A stretch of DNA of 32,000 bases from Flavobacteriaceae bacterium (lineage in GTDB: Bacteria; Bacteroidota; Bacteroidia; Flavobacteriales; Flavobacteriaceae). Where the stretch lies: contig OZ245049.1 of the NCBI GenBank assembly GCA_965224465.1, positions 1,830,001 through 1,862,000 of the forward strand. The letters are read 5' to 3'. The notes beneath the pieces are model-generated. The model did not search any database. It had not been told where the DNA came from and worked only from the letters and a program-made list of their open reading frames with translations. A program made the position numbers and the translations under genes. Of the stretch, positions 9,859 through 18,257 are shown one piece after another (positions within the stretch are counted from its first letter, which is position 1; every line of letters begins with the position of its first letter).

Positions 9859-10152
9859 TTATAACTTATCCCCCTCCAAAAACTGAATAATAGAACGTTC
9901 TAAAGCCGCATCTGCAATTACTAAATACATAATATCTGGAGTTTGTACTTCCAGAGCCTCTATGTATTTACCTTTGGCATTTGAGAACCGAACAACATCT
10001 CTAATACCATAGCCATCAGGGAATTTATCCATTAATAATTGCAATATGGTAGGGGTTAATTTTTTATTTTTTACAATAACTCTCTTCATAATATTTTTAA
10101 ATAATTTTATCTTTTTAGATGCTTTTTTAAAGTGGATTAAATTAAAAAACAA
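9859..10152 (-). CDS. Small hypothetical protein (a more likely start is Met-22 at 10089, giving 76 aa)
   Basis: ORF only, with no family recognised. The stop codon is 1 nt from the stop of the convergent dehydrogenase gene. Sequence: MKRVIVKNKKLTPTILQLLMDKFPDGYGIRDVVRFSN... Confidence 0.4.
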   Translation of the reverse strand: MFFNLIHFKKASKKIKLFKNIMKRVIVKNKKLTPTILQLLMDKFPDGYGIRDVVRFSNAKGKYIEALEVQTPDIMYLVIADAALERSIIQFLEGDKL

Positions 10153-10395
10153 TCCTTTACTGGGTCAATTAAAACTCTTAATTTTTATGTTAAAATTATA
10201 AGGGAAATGTCACCGTTTACAGTTGCAATTTATACTTTGAAAAATAATTTTTTAGATGAAAGTAATCAAAATAAACTCACATATCACCTATCCACGAAAT
10301 CAAATATAGAAAAAAAAAGCACTGTTTTAAAAAAAGAGGATAGTATTTTAATTATTTCATTTAAAAAAAAACAAATTCCTTAGAAAATACTCATT

Positions 10396-10423
10396 AAAAA
10401 ACCGAAGATTTCTTCGGTTTTTT
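10396..10423. terminator. Bidirectional rho-independent terminator
   Basis: AAAAA-ACCGAAG-ATTT-CTTCGGT-TTTTT: a 7-bp GC-containing stem flanked by an A-run and a T-run. It lies 19 nt downstream of the rluB stop (minus strand) and 13 nt downstream of a 58-aa plus-strand ORF. Confidence 0.75.
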
Positions 10424-10441
10424 AAAATAAATATAAAAAAT

Positions 10442-11323
10442 CTACATCATGTGTAAATTAATAACTTCTTGTTCCGTTAGAGCTCTATAGTGCCCTCTTG
10501 GTAAATTTTTCTTTGACAAACCAGCAAAGATTACACGGTCTAATTTAACCACACTGTAATTAAAATTTTCAAAAATCTTACGTACGATTCTATTTCTACC
10601 TGAGTGAATTTTTACACCAACTTCTGTTTTAGACTCTCCTGTAATATATGATATATCATCAACAATCACTTTTCTGCCTTCCAACATAAATCCTTCAGCT
10701 ACCTTATGTAAATCCGACATAGCGAATTTTTTATCTAAAGAAGCATGGTAAATTTTCTGTATGTTATGTTTTGGATGCGTCAATTTTTTTGCCAACTCTC
10801 CATCATTTGTAAACAATAATAATCCTGTGGTATTTCTATCTAGCCTTCCTACAGGATAAATACGTTCTTTCGCAGCATTTCTTATCAAATCCATCACTGT
10901 TTTACGACCTCTATCGTCGTCCATAGTTGTGATGTAATTCTTAGGTTTATTTAATAAAATATACCTTTTTTTCTCTTGATTGATTTGTGTATTATCAAAA
11001 CGAACCTCATCCCCTGGCATCACTTGGAAGCCCATTTCTGTCACTACTTTTCCATTCACTGTCGCACTTCCTGCCTTGATAAAAACATCCGCCTCTCTAC
11101 GAGAACAGATTCCTGCATTGGAAATGTATTTATTCAATCGAATCCCATCTCCCTCTTTTTTAACAGGTGCATTTCCTGTAGTTTCTTTTCTAAAATGCTT
11201 TACATTGTTGGGATTCGCGCGGTAATTATTTGTTCTTTTTTTAAAACCTCCTTGACTCGATGGTTTTTTAGATTCATCACCTTTTTGTTGTCGTCCTCTC
11301 GACGATTTATTTGTTGAATTCAT
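10442..11323 (-). CDS. rluB: RsuA/RluB-family rRNA pseudouridine synthase with a basic N-terminal extension
   Basis: S4 domain (IRLNKYISNAGICSRREADVFIKAGSATVNGKVV) followed by the catalytic block PVGRLDRNTTGLLLFTNDG. The first 60 aa or so are a Lys/Arg/Asn-rich low-complexity region. Confidence 0.85.
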   Translation of the reverse strand: MNSTNKSSRGRQQKGDESKKPSSQGGFKKRTNNYRANPNNVKHFRKETTGNAPVKKEGDGIRLNKYISNAGICSRREADVFIKAGSATVNGKVVTEMGFQVMPGDEVRFDNTQINQEKKRYILLNKPKNYITTMDDDRGRKTVMDLIRNAAKERIYPVGRLDRNTTGLLLFTNDGELAKKLTHPKHNIQKIYHASLDKKFAMSDLHKVAEGFMLEGRKVIVDDISYITGESKTEVGVKIHSGRNRIVRKIFENFNYSVVKLDRVIFAGLSKKNLPRGHYRALTEQEVINLHMM

Positions 11324-11401
11324 TTATAAAATTTTGGCAAAAGTACCATTATTTTTTGAGAACTCAAAAGACATCTACATGCTGATTTACAATTCATTAC
11401 T

Positions 11402-12337
11402 TTAAAAATTCAAGATACGGCTAATAAGCACAGAAGAATCGATCAAAGACAAACTAAAAACACCTGCCAACAAAAGCAATTTCAACAATACATGTAGTCT
11501 TAAATACTGTTTTTTAGTACTACTACGCCAAAGCATTACAGTAAACAATACTAAACAAGGAATGCTTGCATAAAAAAAGTAACGCATCCCACCTACATCA
11601 TACACACGTAATAAAAAATAAATAGGATTTAAGGTAAGTATCACTAATAATGTCAATAACATTTTAGTAAAATGTTCTCCATATTTAATAGGTATGGTCT
11701 GATAATTCTGAACAACATCTCCTTTTATTTTCTCCAAATCTTTAACTAATTCTCGAATCAATAAGATAAAAAACAAAAATGATGCATGAACAAAAATAAC
11801 TTCTGAGAAATTTTTATAATACACAAAAACCGCAAAAAATGGTAACAATGCTAAAACTGCAGCAGAAAACATACTCACAAGCGGATACTTCTTCAATTTA
11901 TGAGAATAAAACCAAATAAGAAAAACATACACCGAATAAAAAAAGGCTGCTCTTAAGGAAACAAATACACTAAAAAATACGCCTAAAAAATTAAATAAAA
12001 AATAGATTTTTAGTTTTGTTTTTTGATTTACTAGCGCATCTAACCTTGATTTCTCAGGCCTGTTGATACGATCTGTTTCCGAATCATAAAAATTATTTAT
12101 AATATATCCAGAGGCAACAACACACATGGTCGCAAGTACAATCAGATACAACTGCACATCTAATAAAACATATTTAAGGGATTTTTCAGGAGAAAATATA
12201 AATATAGAAGCCAAGTATTGCGCAATTACTATTAAGAAAATATTATAGCCTCGAACTACCGAAAGCATGCTCAACATCTTATACCAAAAAGGTGCTTTTT
12301 TCTTACTGTTATTTTTAGTTATTTCTAATAAATTCAT
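11402..12337 (-). CDS. UbiA-family aromatic/isoprenoid prenyltransferase (resembles archaeal-type DGGGP synthase-like enzymes; substrate unknown)
   Basis: 311 aa with about 8-9 TM helices. It carries the two Asp-rich UbiA motifs NNFYDSETD (NxxxDxxxD) and KDLEKIKGD. It lies 42 nt downstream of mevalonate kinase on the same strand. Confidence 0.8.
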   Translation of the reverse strand: MNLLEITKNNSKKKAPFWYKMLSMLSVVRGYNIFLIVIAQYLASIFIFSPEKSLKYVLLDVQLYLIVLATMCVVASGYIINNFYDSETDRINRPEKSRLDALVNQKTKLKIYFLFNFLGVFFSVFVSLRAAFFYSVYVFLIWFYSHKLKKYPLVSMFSAAVLALLPFFAVFVYYKNFSEVIFVHASFLFFILLIRELVKDLEKIKGDVVQNYQTIPIKYGEHFTKMLLTLLVILTLNPIYFLLRVYDVGGMRYFFYASIPCLVLFTVMLWRSSTKKQYLRLHVLLKLLLLAGVFSLSLIDSSVLISRILNF

Positions 12338-12379
12338 GACACAACATTATAGAGGTATCTAGAAACTCGAAAATGATTC

Positions 12380-13318
12380 CTAGAAACGGTATACTAATTC
12401 TAATTTATACTCTTTCAATAATATCTTTGTTTTTTCGTAGTTTTCAGTGAATCCTAAAATATACCCGCCTCCTCCAGAGCCACATAATTTTAAATAATAA
12501 TCATTTGTATCAATACCTCGTTGCCATATTTTATGAAAATTCTTAGGAATCATAGGCTCAAAATTAGCCAATACAACTTTGGATAATTTTTTAACATTCC
12601 CCAATAAAGAACTGATATTACCTTTTAGGAAGTCGTCAATACAAGCATCTGTATACACTGTAAATTCTTTACTCAACATATTCCTAAAACCTTCATTTTT
12701 CATCTTATTCATAAAGATATTTACCATCGGCTCTGTCTCTCCAACAATCTCAGAATCTAGTAAAAACACCGCTCCCTGTCCTTGTTGCTGAGAAGGAATC
12801 CCTGCAGGTTCTATATTGTTTTTGGAATTGATCAAAATAGGCAGGCTCAAATAACTATTTAGCGGATCCAATCCAGAACTTTTACCATGAAAATAAGATT
12901 CCATTTGACCAAATACATCTTTTAATTTGAGTAATTTATCTCGTGTCAAATTCTCTAAAACAGTAATTTTATTAAAGGCATATTTATCATAAACAGAAGC
13001 CACTAAAGCCCCTGAACTTCCAACTCCGTAACCTTGAGGTATACTAGAATCAAAGTACATACCTGCTTCTAAATCTTCCTTAAACCGTTTTAAATCAAAC
13101 ACATTCAAAGACAACTCCTTATCCATAAGGTTTTTTAAATACACATAGTACTTTCTTAAATTAGCATTAGATTCTAATGCACTCTCGCTAGAACTACTAC
13201 CATCACACTTTAATGCTCCTTGGTACATATTATACGGAATGGCCAAGCCTTTGGAATCTTTTATAATTCCATATTCTCCGAATAATAATATTTTCGCGTA
13301 AAAGAGAGGTCCTTTCAT
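12380..13318 (-). CDS. mvk: Mevalonate kinase (GHMP kinase family)
   Basis: 312 aa. It has the N-terminal AKILLFGEYG motif, the GHMP motif PQGYGVGSSGALVASV and a C-terminal GSGGGG. It is clustered with mvaD. Confidence 0.75.
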   Translation of the reverse strand: MKGPLFYAKILLFGEYGIIKDSKGLAIPYNMYQGALKCDGSSSSESALESNANLRKYYVYLKNLMDKELSLNVFDLKRFKEDLEAGMYFDSSIPQGYGVGSSGALVASVYDKYAFNKITVLENLTRDKLLKLKDVFGQMESYFHGKSSGLDPLNSYLSLPILINSKNNIEPAGIPSQQQGQGAVFLLDSEIVGETEPMVNIFMNKMKNEGFRNMLSKEFTVYTDACIDDFLKGNISSLLGNVKKLSKVVLANFEPMIPKNFHKIWQRGIDTNDYYLKLCGSGGGGYILGFTENYEKTKILLKEYKLELVYRF

Positions 13319-13394
13319 TTCAATTTTGATGTTAATGTTTTAACAGTACAAATATACTACATTATAACCACATAGAATACAGAAGATTTACTTC

Positions 13395-13967
13395 TTACTC
13401 ATAAGAGCTATCGTAATAAAAGTACTTCCACTCTCCTGTTTTTTTTCCATTTTGATACGTTCCCATGGCTTTTTTCTGACCATCTTTATAGTACTCTATC
13501 CATTCACCATATTCTTCTCCATTTTTATAGAACCCAACAGACAGTTTAGCACCAGACTCATAAAAAGACGTAAAGTCTCCTTTTGCCTTCCCCATTACAT
13601 AATAACGTTCGTTTTTAAGATTTCCAGACTTATAATACATTTTTCGTGGCCCATTTAATTCACCATCCGAATACAATATAGTTTGCTGGACTTTCCCGTT
13701 TTCAAAATACCATTTAATTTCCCCTTCAAAAACCTCAGTATTCAATTCTTTAGATAGCCCTTCCATTCGTTTGGCTCCAGAGGTATAGTAATCCACCAGC
13801 CAGAAACCATTGTTTTTTTTCTCTGGATTGGGTCTGTAATAATAGGCATAATCTTCTGTTGTGACATTCCAATTGGAATCAAACCAAACGGTCTCACCTT
13901 GAGCGAAAAAGAAGTTAACCGATAAAAAAGTAATAAGAACGAGTGTTAATTTGGGAGTTTTCATATC
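13395..13967 (-). CDS. Secreted YwqK-family / MORN-repeat-variant protein
   Basis: Signal peptide MKTPKLTLVLITFLSVNFFFAQ. I chose this Met rather than the ORF-track start at 14006. Repeated G-x-W-x-YY-x-NG-type units are present (GEWIEYYKDGQKKAMGTYQNGKKTGEWKYFY). Confidence 0.75.
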   Translation of the reverse strand, partial: DMKTPKLTLVLITFLSVNFFFAQGETVWFDSNWNVTTEDYAYYYRPNPEKKNNGFWLVDYYTSGAKRMEGLSKELNTEVFEGEIKWYFENGKVQQTILYSDGELNGPRKMYYKSGNLKNERYYVMGKAKGDFTSFYESGAKLSVGFYKNGEEYGEWIEYYKDGQKKAMGTYQNGKKTGEWKYFYYDSSYE

Positions 13968-14059
13968 ATAAAATTTTAGATTAATACTACAAACAACTAT
14001 CCTCAATTTATGTATGTAATCGGTAATTTCTTGATCTATATGAAAATAATTATTGCTTC

Positions 14060-15169
14060 CTATGTTATGGGGTTAAGAGCTCCTATATTCATTTGCACAG
14101 CGCCTTTTCCTGCTCTATCACAAATATAATGTTTTTTTTGACAAAAGCCAACTAACTCTTTCTTAATGAATTCCAAGACTTTGACTTTCTCATTTTCTGG
14201 ATACAACACATGTACATTTGCTCCTGCATCTAAAGTAAAACACACATGTAGTTTTGATTGTTCTCTAAACGCCCAAATTTTTTGAATAATCTCTAAGGTA
14301 TTTGGCTTCATCAATATAAAATAAGGCATACTAGTCATCATCATGGCATGTAATGTCAAAGCTTCACTTTCTACGATTTCAATAAACCGATCCAAGTCAC
14401 CATTTTTAAGCACCGCCAACAGGTCCGACAAATTCTGATTTGCCTGCTCAAATCGCTGCTCAGCAAATGGATGCTGATGCATTAACTGATGCCCTACCGT
14501 ACTTGAAACCACTTTTTCTCCCTTATCTACTAATAAAATAGTATCGTTATATTTTTTAAAAACAGGATGCACTTCTTGACTTAAGGTAATTCCAAACAGG
14601 TTGGAACTTCCTAAAACTTCTTTATGTGCTCCCCAAACGACCAATTCACCTTCAATACTTCTCGCTGCACTTCCAGAACCTAAACGTGCTAAAAAGGAAG
14701 CTTTCTGACTAAAATAATCTTCTTTCATAGAAGGATCCATCAACTTCTCCATGCTCATCAAACACAAAGCAATAGCACTCAATCCACTCGCAGAAGAAGC
14801 AATCCCACTACTATGAGGAAAAGAATTTTCTGAAAAGATCTCAAAATGATAGGATTTTAAAAACGGCATATAGATAAAAATTCGTTCAAAAAAACTAAGA
14901 ATCTTAGGTTTAAAATCTTCTTTTTTCTTCCCTTCAAAAAAAACATCAAAACTAAAATTATCAGCTACAAGCTCTCTTTTTATAAAATGCAAGGTTGTAA
15001 TCGTATGACAAGCATCCAAAGTAAAACTAATAGAAGGATTTTTTGGCAACTGAGGATCACTTTTACCCCAATATTTTACCAAAGCTATATTACTTGGAGA
15101 CTTCCAAGTAAACTGACCTTCCTCTTTAATATCAATTGTTTTTTTAGGGATAAAATTACTGTCCTTCAT
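14060..15169 (-). CDS. mvaD: Diphosphomevalonate decarboxylase
   Basis: 369 aa with SPSNIALVKYWGK near the N-terminus, the GHMP motif PHSSGIASSASGLSA, and FTLDAGANVH near the C-terminus. Confidence 0.88.
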   Translation of the reverse strand: MKDSNFIPKKTIDIKEEGQFTWKSPSNIALVKYWGKSDPQLPKNPSISFTLDACHTITTLHFIKRELVADNFSFDVFFEGKKKEDFKPKILSFFERIFIYMPFLKSYHFEIFSENSFPHSSGIASSASGLSAIALCLMSMEKLMDPSMKEDYFSQKASFLARLGSGSAARSIEGELVVWGAHKEVLGSSNLFGITLSQEVHPVFKKYNDTILLVDKGEKVVSSTVGHQLMHQHPFAEQRFEQANQNLSDLLAVLKNGDLDRFIEIVESEALTLHAMMMTSMPYFILMKPNTLEIIQKIWAFREQSKLHVCFTLDAGANVHVLYPENEKVKVLEFIKKELVGFCQKKHYICDRAGKGAVQMNIGALNPIT

Positions 15170-15255
15170 GTGCTAAATATTTCCAACAAAGATACACGTA
15201 TTTTAACTAATTAAAAATAAAAGACAAAAATGTCTTTTATTAAGGAATAAATAAG

Positions 15256-15263
15256 TATATTTG
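15256..15263 (+). promoter_or_regulatory. Candidate -7 promoter box (TAnnTTTG) for the cupin gene
   Basis: TATATTTG ends 18 nt upstream of the ATG at 15282. Confidence 0.35.
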
Positions 15264-15281
15264 CTCAAGAAGTAGATAAAC

Positions 15282-15623
15282 ATGAAAACAACATCCCTAT
15301 TAAAGGACCTAAGATACGACGACAAGAAACCTGTGATAACCGCTTTATTAGATACTGAAACCTCTAAAGAAGTTCGTGTAGTAATGAAAGCAGGACAAGA
15401 AATGAAAGAACACAAAACCAAATTCCCTATAACTGTTGAAATGTTTGAAGGCACATTAGACTTTGGTGTAATGGGCGATGTATTGCACCTTGTAAAAGGA
15501 GACATACTAGCTTTAGACGCCAATATCCCACACGATTTATCAGCCACAAGCGATAGTATTGTTAGACTTACCTTATCTAAATTAGATACTGTAAACCGTG
15601 TAAAAGATGTTGCCAATAATTAA
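15282..15623 (+). CDS. Small cupin-domain protein
   Basis: 113 aa with a beta-rich cupin-like pattern (KEVRVVMKAGQEMKEHKTKFPITVEMFEGTLDF...GDILALDANIPHDL). It has its own -7 box and a downstream terminator. The 137-aa ORF on the opposite strand was judged spurious. Confidence 0.65.
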   Translation: MKTTSLLKDLRYDDKKPVITALLDTETSKEVRVVMKAGQEMKEHKTKFPITVEMFEGTLDFGVMGDVLHLVKGDILALDANIPHDLSATSDSIVRLTLSKLDTVNRVKDVANN

Positions 15624-15651
15624 CATTTTTAATAAAATTTTCAATTCCTAT

Positions 15652-15681
15652 AAAAACCTTTCATGCATTTGAAAGGTTTTT
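15652..15681 (+). terminator. Rho-independent terminator after the cupin gene
   Basis: AAACCTTTCA-TGCATT-TGAAAGGTTT: a 10-bp perfect stem (15654-15679) preceded by an A-run and followed by T residues. Confidence 0.7.
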
Positions 15682-15688
15682 ATGTATT

Positions 15689-15696
15689 TAAATTTG
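15689..15696 (+). promoter_or_regulatory. Candidate -7 promoter box (TAnnTTTG) for the thiamine pyrophosphokinase gene
   Basis: TAAATTTG lies 44 nt upstream of the ATG at 15740. Confidence 0.3.
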
Positions 15697-15739
15697 TCAT
15701 ATTTTAAAGCAAACAGTAATTTTCAACTACTTTTACCCT

Positions 15740-16345
15740 ATGAAATCAACAGCTGCTTTTATCCTTTTAAACGGAATCCCTCCCCATAAACTCCCTAATT
15801 TAAATAAATACAAACTTGTTTGTGCGGTAGATGGTGCTTACAACCATTTTGTAAAACTTGGAATTGAGCCCGATCTAGTTACTGGAGATTTTGATTCTAT
15901 CGACAACATACCTAGCCATATAGAAACTATAAATACCTACGACCAAAATTTTGCTGATTTCCATAAAACCTTAACTATTTTAAAGGAAAGAGGGTACAAA
16001 AACATAGATGTGTACGGAGGCAGCGGTAAAGAACAAGATCATTTTTTAGGTAATATCAGTACTGCTTTACAATGGAAAGACACGCTTAATCTACGCTTTT
16101 TTGACGATTACGGATGCTATCTTTTTATCGATAAAATAATCCGTAAAACTAATATCAAAGGAAAAATAGTATCCTTAATTCCATTTCCTACAGCTACAGA
16201 GATTTACACAAAAGGACTCCTTTACCCATTACATAATGAATCTCTTACGTTTGGGCAACGCATAGGAACACGAAATACAGCCATTAATAATGATATAGAA
16301 ATTTCTTTTAACGAAGGTGCATTACTGGTCTATTTCGGGAATTAA
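15740..16345 (+). CDS. Thiamine diphosphokinase (thiamine pyrophosphokinase)
   Basis: 201 aa. It has a catalytic-domain motif LVTGDFDSI with DQNFADFHK, followed by a C-terminal thiamine-binding beta domain. Confidence 0.8.
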   Translation: MKSTAAFILLNGIPPHKLPNLNKYKLVCAVDGAYNHFVKLGIEPDLVTGDFDSIDNIPSHIETINTYDQNFADFHKTLTILKERGYKNIDVYGGSGKEQDHFLGNISTALQWKDTLNLRFFDDYGCYLFIDKIIRKTNIKGKIVSLIPFPTATEIYTKGLLYPLHNESLTFGQRIGTRNTAINNDIEISFNEGALLVYFGN

Positions 16346-16372
16346 CACCAACAGCATCAAAGAAAATAAAGA

Positions 16373-16524
16373 ATCAGCAATTACAATCCAAAACAACCGA
16401 TATAAAAAGTTTAGTTCACGTTATCGCGTAATTGAAAAACAGAACGATAGCTATAGCTATCCATCCCTTTTTTGCCTAGCTATAATTCCATTTCTAAACT
16501 GTCACTTAGAAATGTGTTTGGTAT
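16373..16524 (+). repeat. Copy B of the dispersed about 150-bp intergenic element
   Basis: ...CAATTACAATCCAAAACAACCGATATAAAAAG ... TTGAAAAACAGAACGATAGC-TATA-GCTATCC ... GCCTAGCTA ... CATTTCTAAACTGTCACTTAGAAATGTGTTTGGTAT. Its conserved terminal TAATACC (minus-strand reading) supplies the TAA stop of the 16524..17048 gene. Confidence 0.85.
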
Positions 16525-17048
16525 TATTCCTTGTTTTCAATTTTGAGAGACGCTATCAAATTTTTAAAATCTTGCTTTAATGCTCTCATTCCAGCTGTAT
16601 TAATTTTGGCATTGTTTAATATAAAATCATATTTATATATAGCATCTTTGTACCCTTCTGAATAGAAACCAATATGACTTTTATTTTTTTTATGCTTGAT
16701 TTTCACTTCTATCAAGTACCTATCATTTTTTTTAGTGATTTTTAGTTTTTTAAAACCATAAATGGGTATTCCAATCTTTTCTGTAGAAGCATGAGTTTCT
16801 TTTTTTATAAATAGAAAGAGGGTTTTATTAATTTCTCTAATAGAATCTTCTATTATCTGTGATGCGATCAGCTCATCATATTTACAGCTATTCAATTGGT
16901 GGTTTATTGCCTGTATTTTACTTTTTATGTTAGCCCTTAATGTTACTTGATTGGTTTTTGAAATTATTGTTTTCTTTATCCCGCAACTAGTAAAAAAAAC
17001 AATGAGTAATAAAATGAATAAATTATATGTGTTTTTAAAAGTCATCAT
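16524..17048 (-). CDS. Hypothetical lipoprotein
   Basis: 174 aa with a lipoprotein signal peptide and lipobox (LLLIVFFTSC). No family was recognised. It starts 10 nt downstream of the YwqK-like gene, so the two are probably co-transcribed. The region is very AT-rich. Confidence 0.6.
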   Translation of the reverse strand: MMTFKNTYNLFILLLIVFFTSCGIKKTIISKTNQVTLRANIKSKIQAINHQLNSCKYDELIASQIIEDSIREINKTLFLFIKKETHASTEKIGIPIYGFKKLKITKKNDRYLIEVKIKHKKNKSHIGFYSEGYKDAIYKYDFILNNAKINTAGMRALKQDFKNLIASLKIENKE

Positions 17049-17058
17049 TTAATACTAA

Positions 17059-17985
17059 TTATTTTGATTCATATAATTTTAGATTTCCGTCTTTATCTTC
17101 AGCATATCGGTTGTGCTTTTTTTGTATTCCGTTTTCAAATACAAATTCGTCATAATAGTTATACATAGGTTTGTATTCAAAATAACGTCCATCTAGTGGT
17201 TGATTATTTTTATAAGTACAGGCAACCATTTTATTAGTTAAAGGGTTTAACGTTTCATCTAGTATAAGCTGGTCGCTTTTATAGGTCATATTGGCAATTA
17301 GCTTGCCATTGCTATTATAAACCTTCTGAATACCTTCTCTTAAACTATTTTTGTAATATGTATAAACAGTATTATCTAGCAGGTTTAAAACTCTTAAGCC
17401 CTCTATGATTTTATTGTCTTTATAAATACCTAAACCTAACGGTCTTCCTTTAGCGGTTCGCCAATACACCGAATCCATTTCCCTGCCATAAATAATGGTT
17501 TTTAATATGTAATATTGATTTGGAGGGCTGTGTTCTATATCTTTAGTTATGATTCCATTTTTATAAAAGCGTTTTTTAACAACTCCGTTATACACACCGT
17601 TATAAATTTTTCCGTTTTTATATGCTGTGGTGTAATCTATATTTCCGTTTTTTAAGTACACTTTAGTTAAACCATGCAACACACCTTTTCTGTATGTTTC
17701 GGAGTTGGTAATTCCCCCCTGTTTATTATAGAAATTCACCTTCCCTTCCATCGTTTCATTTTCCAAATTAGAAAAATGCCCATCCATTTGTAAAACACCA
17801 TTTATGTAATAGTCTTTTATGTAAAAAAGTGAATCGTTTTTTTTATGAATCGTTCTATAAAAATAAGCTTCTTCTTTCGTTGCTGTTTTCCAGTCTTTAT
17901 CAAAATAAATTTCTGATTGGCTATAAACATTCCTACAAAAGAAGAAAGAGAAAAATGTAATTGTAATTATTCCTAAATGTTTCAT
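17059..17985 (-). CDS. Secreted YwqK-family / MORN-repeat-variant protein
   Basis: 308 aa with signal peptide MKHLGIITITFFSFFFCRNVYSQ. It has multiple degenerate repeats of the YxNG..xG / G.x.YYxNG type (MEGKVNFYNKQGG, LHGLTKVYLKNGN, TAYKNGKIYNG). Confidence 0.7.
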   Translation of the reverse strand: MKHLGIITITFFSFFFCRNVYSQSEIYFDKDWKTATKEEAYFYRTIHKKNDSLFYIKDYYINGVLQMDGHFSNLENETMEGKVNFYNKQGGITNSETYRKGVLHGLTKVYLKNGNIDYTTAYKNGKIYNGVYNGVVKKRFYKNGIITKDIEHSPPNQYYILKTIIYGREMDSVYWRTAKGRPLGLGIYKDNKIIEGLRVLNLLDNTVYTYYKNSLREGIQKVYNSNGKLIANMTYKSDQLILDETLNPLTNKMVACTYKNNQPLDGRYFEYKPMYNYYDEFVFENGIQKKHNRYAEDKDGNLKLYESK

Positions 17986-18257
17986 TTTATTATTTCGCTG
18001 AATTTAAGGTATAAACGCAACTTTTTGGTTAAAAATATTATTCATTACAAATATAGGGCTTTGATATGAACCTCTTTTCCAAGGTTTCTTATTTAATTTC
18101 CCTTTCTCCTATTTTATTACCAGTTCCGTTGGCATTCAAAACAATTTTATTTAGTAAAATAGTACTGAAAAAGCTCTTTGTTAGCAGCCTTTACCACAAA
18201 CGACATTTTAGGTGTTATTCTTTTCACATTTAACATTACAGAAACCCTGTTATTGAG

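Noticed and set aside
10205-10222. GTCACCGTTTAC, which looks similar to the repeat core (GTGACGGTTTA / TAAACCGTCAC)
   Set aside because: It is neither the same word nor its reverse complement, and the flanking sequence shows no further similarity to the repeat family.
10976-11317. 113-aa and 81-aa plus-strand ORFs inside rluB, and similar short antisense ORFs throughout the window (for example 7634..7984, 23142..23453, 4575..4901)
   Set aside because: All lie inside longer opposite-strand genes that have clear family signatures. Such ORFs are typical antisense artefacts.
11140-11323. Lys/Arg/Asn-rich low-complexity N-terminal extension of about 60 aa on RluB
   Set aside because: Basic disordered tails are common on RluB/RsuA-type and other rRNA-modifying enzymes. 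Nothing in the sequence suggests a separate function.
13395-14006. YwqK-family genes considered as toxin-antitoxin or immunity modules
   Set aside because: No toxin-like partner (deaminase, nuclease or polymorphic toxin) is adjacent to either copy, and both proteins have signal peptides. The family name alone does not support a TA or defence call here.
15203-15616. 137-aa minus-strand ORF opposite the cupin gene
   Set aside because: It is mutually exclusive with the plus-strand 113-aa ORF, which has a cupin-like sequence, a TAnnTTTG box upstream and a clean terminator downstream. The minus-strand peptide is Ser/Thr/Leu-rich with no recognisable features.
16317-16580. 87-aa plus-strand ORF overlapping the end of the thiamine pyrophosphokinase gene
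   Set aside because: It runs straight through repeat copy B and into the convergent lipoprotein gene, and its peptide is repeat-derived. It is very unlikely to be coding.
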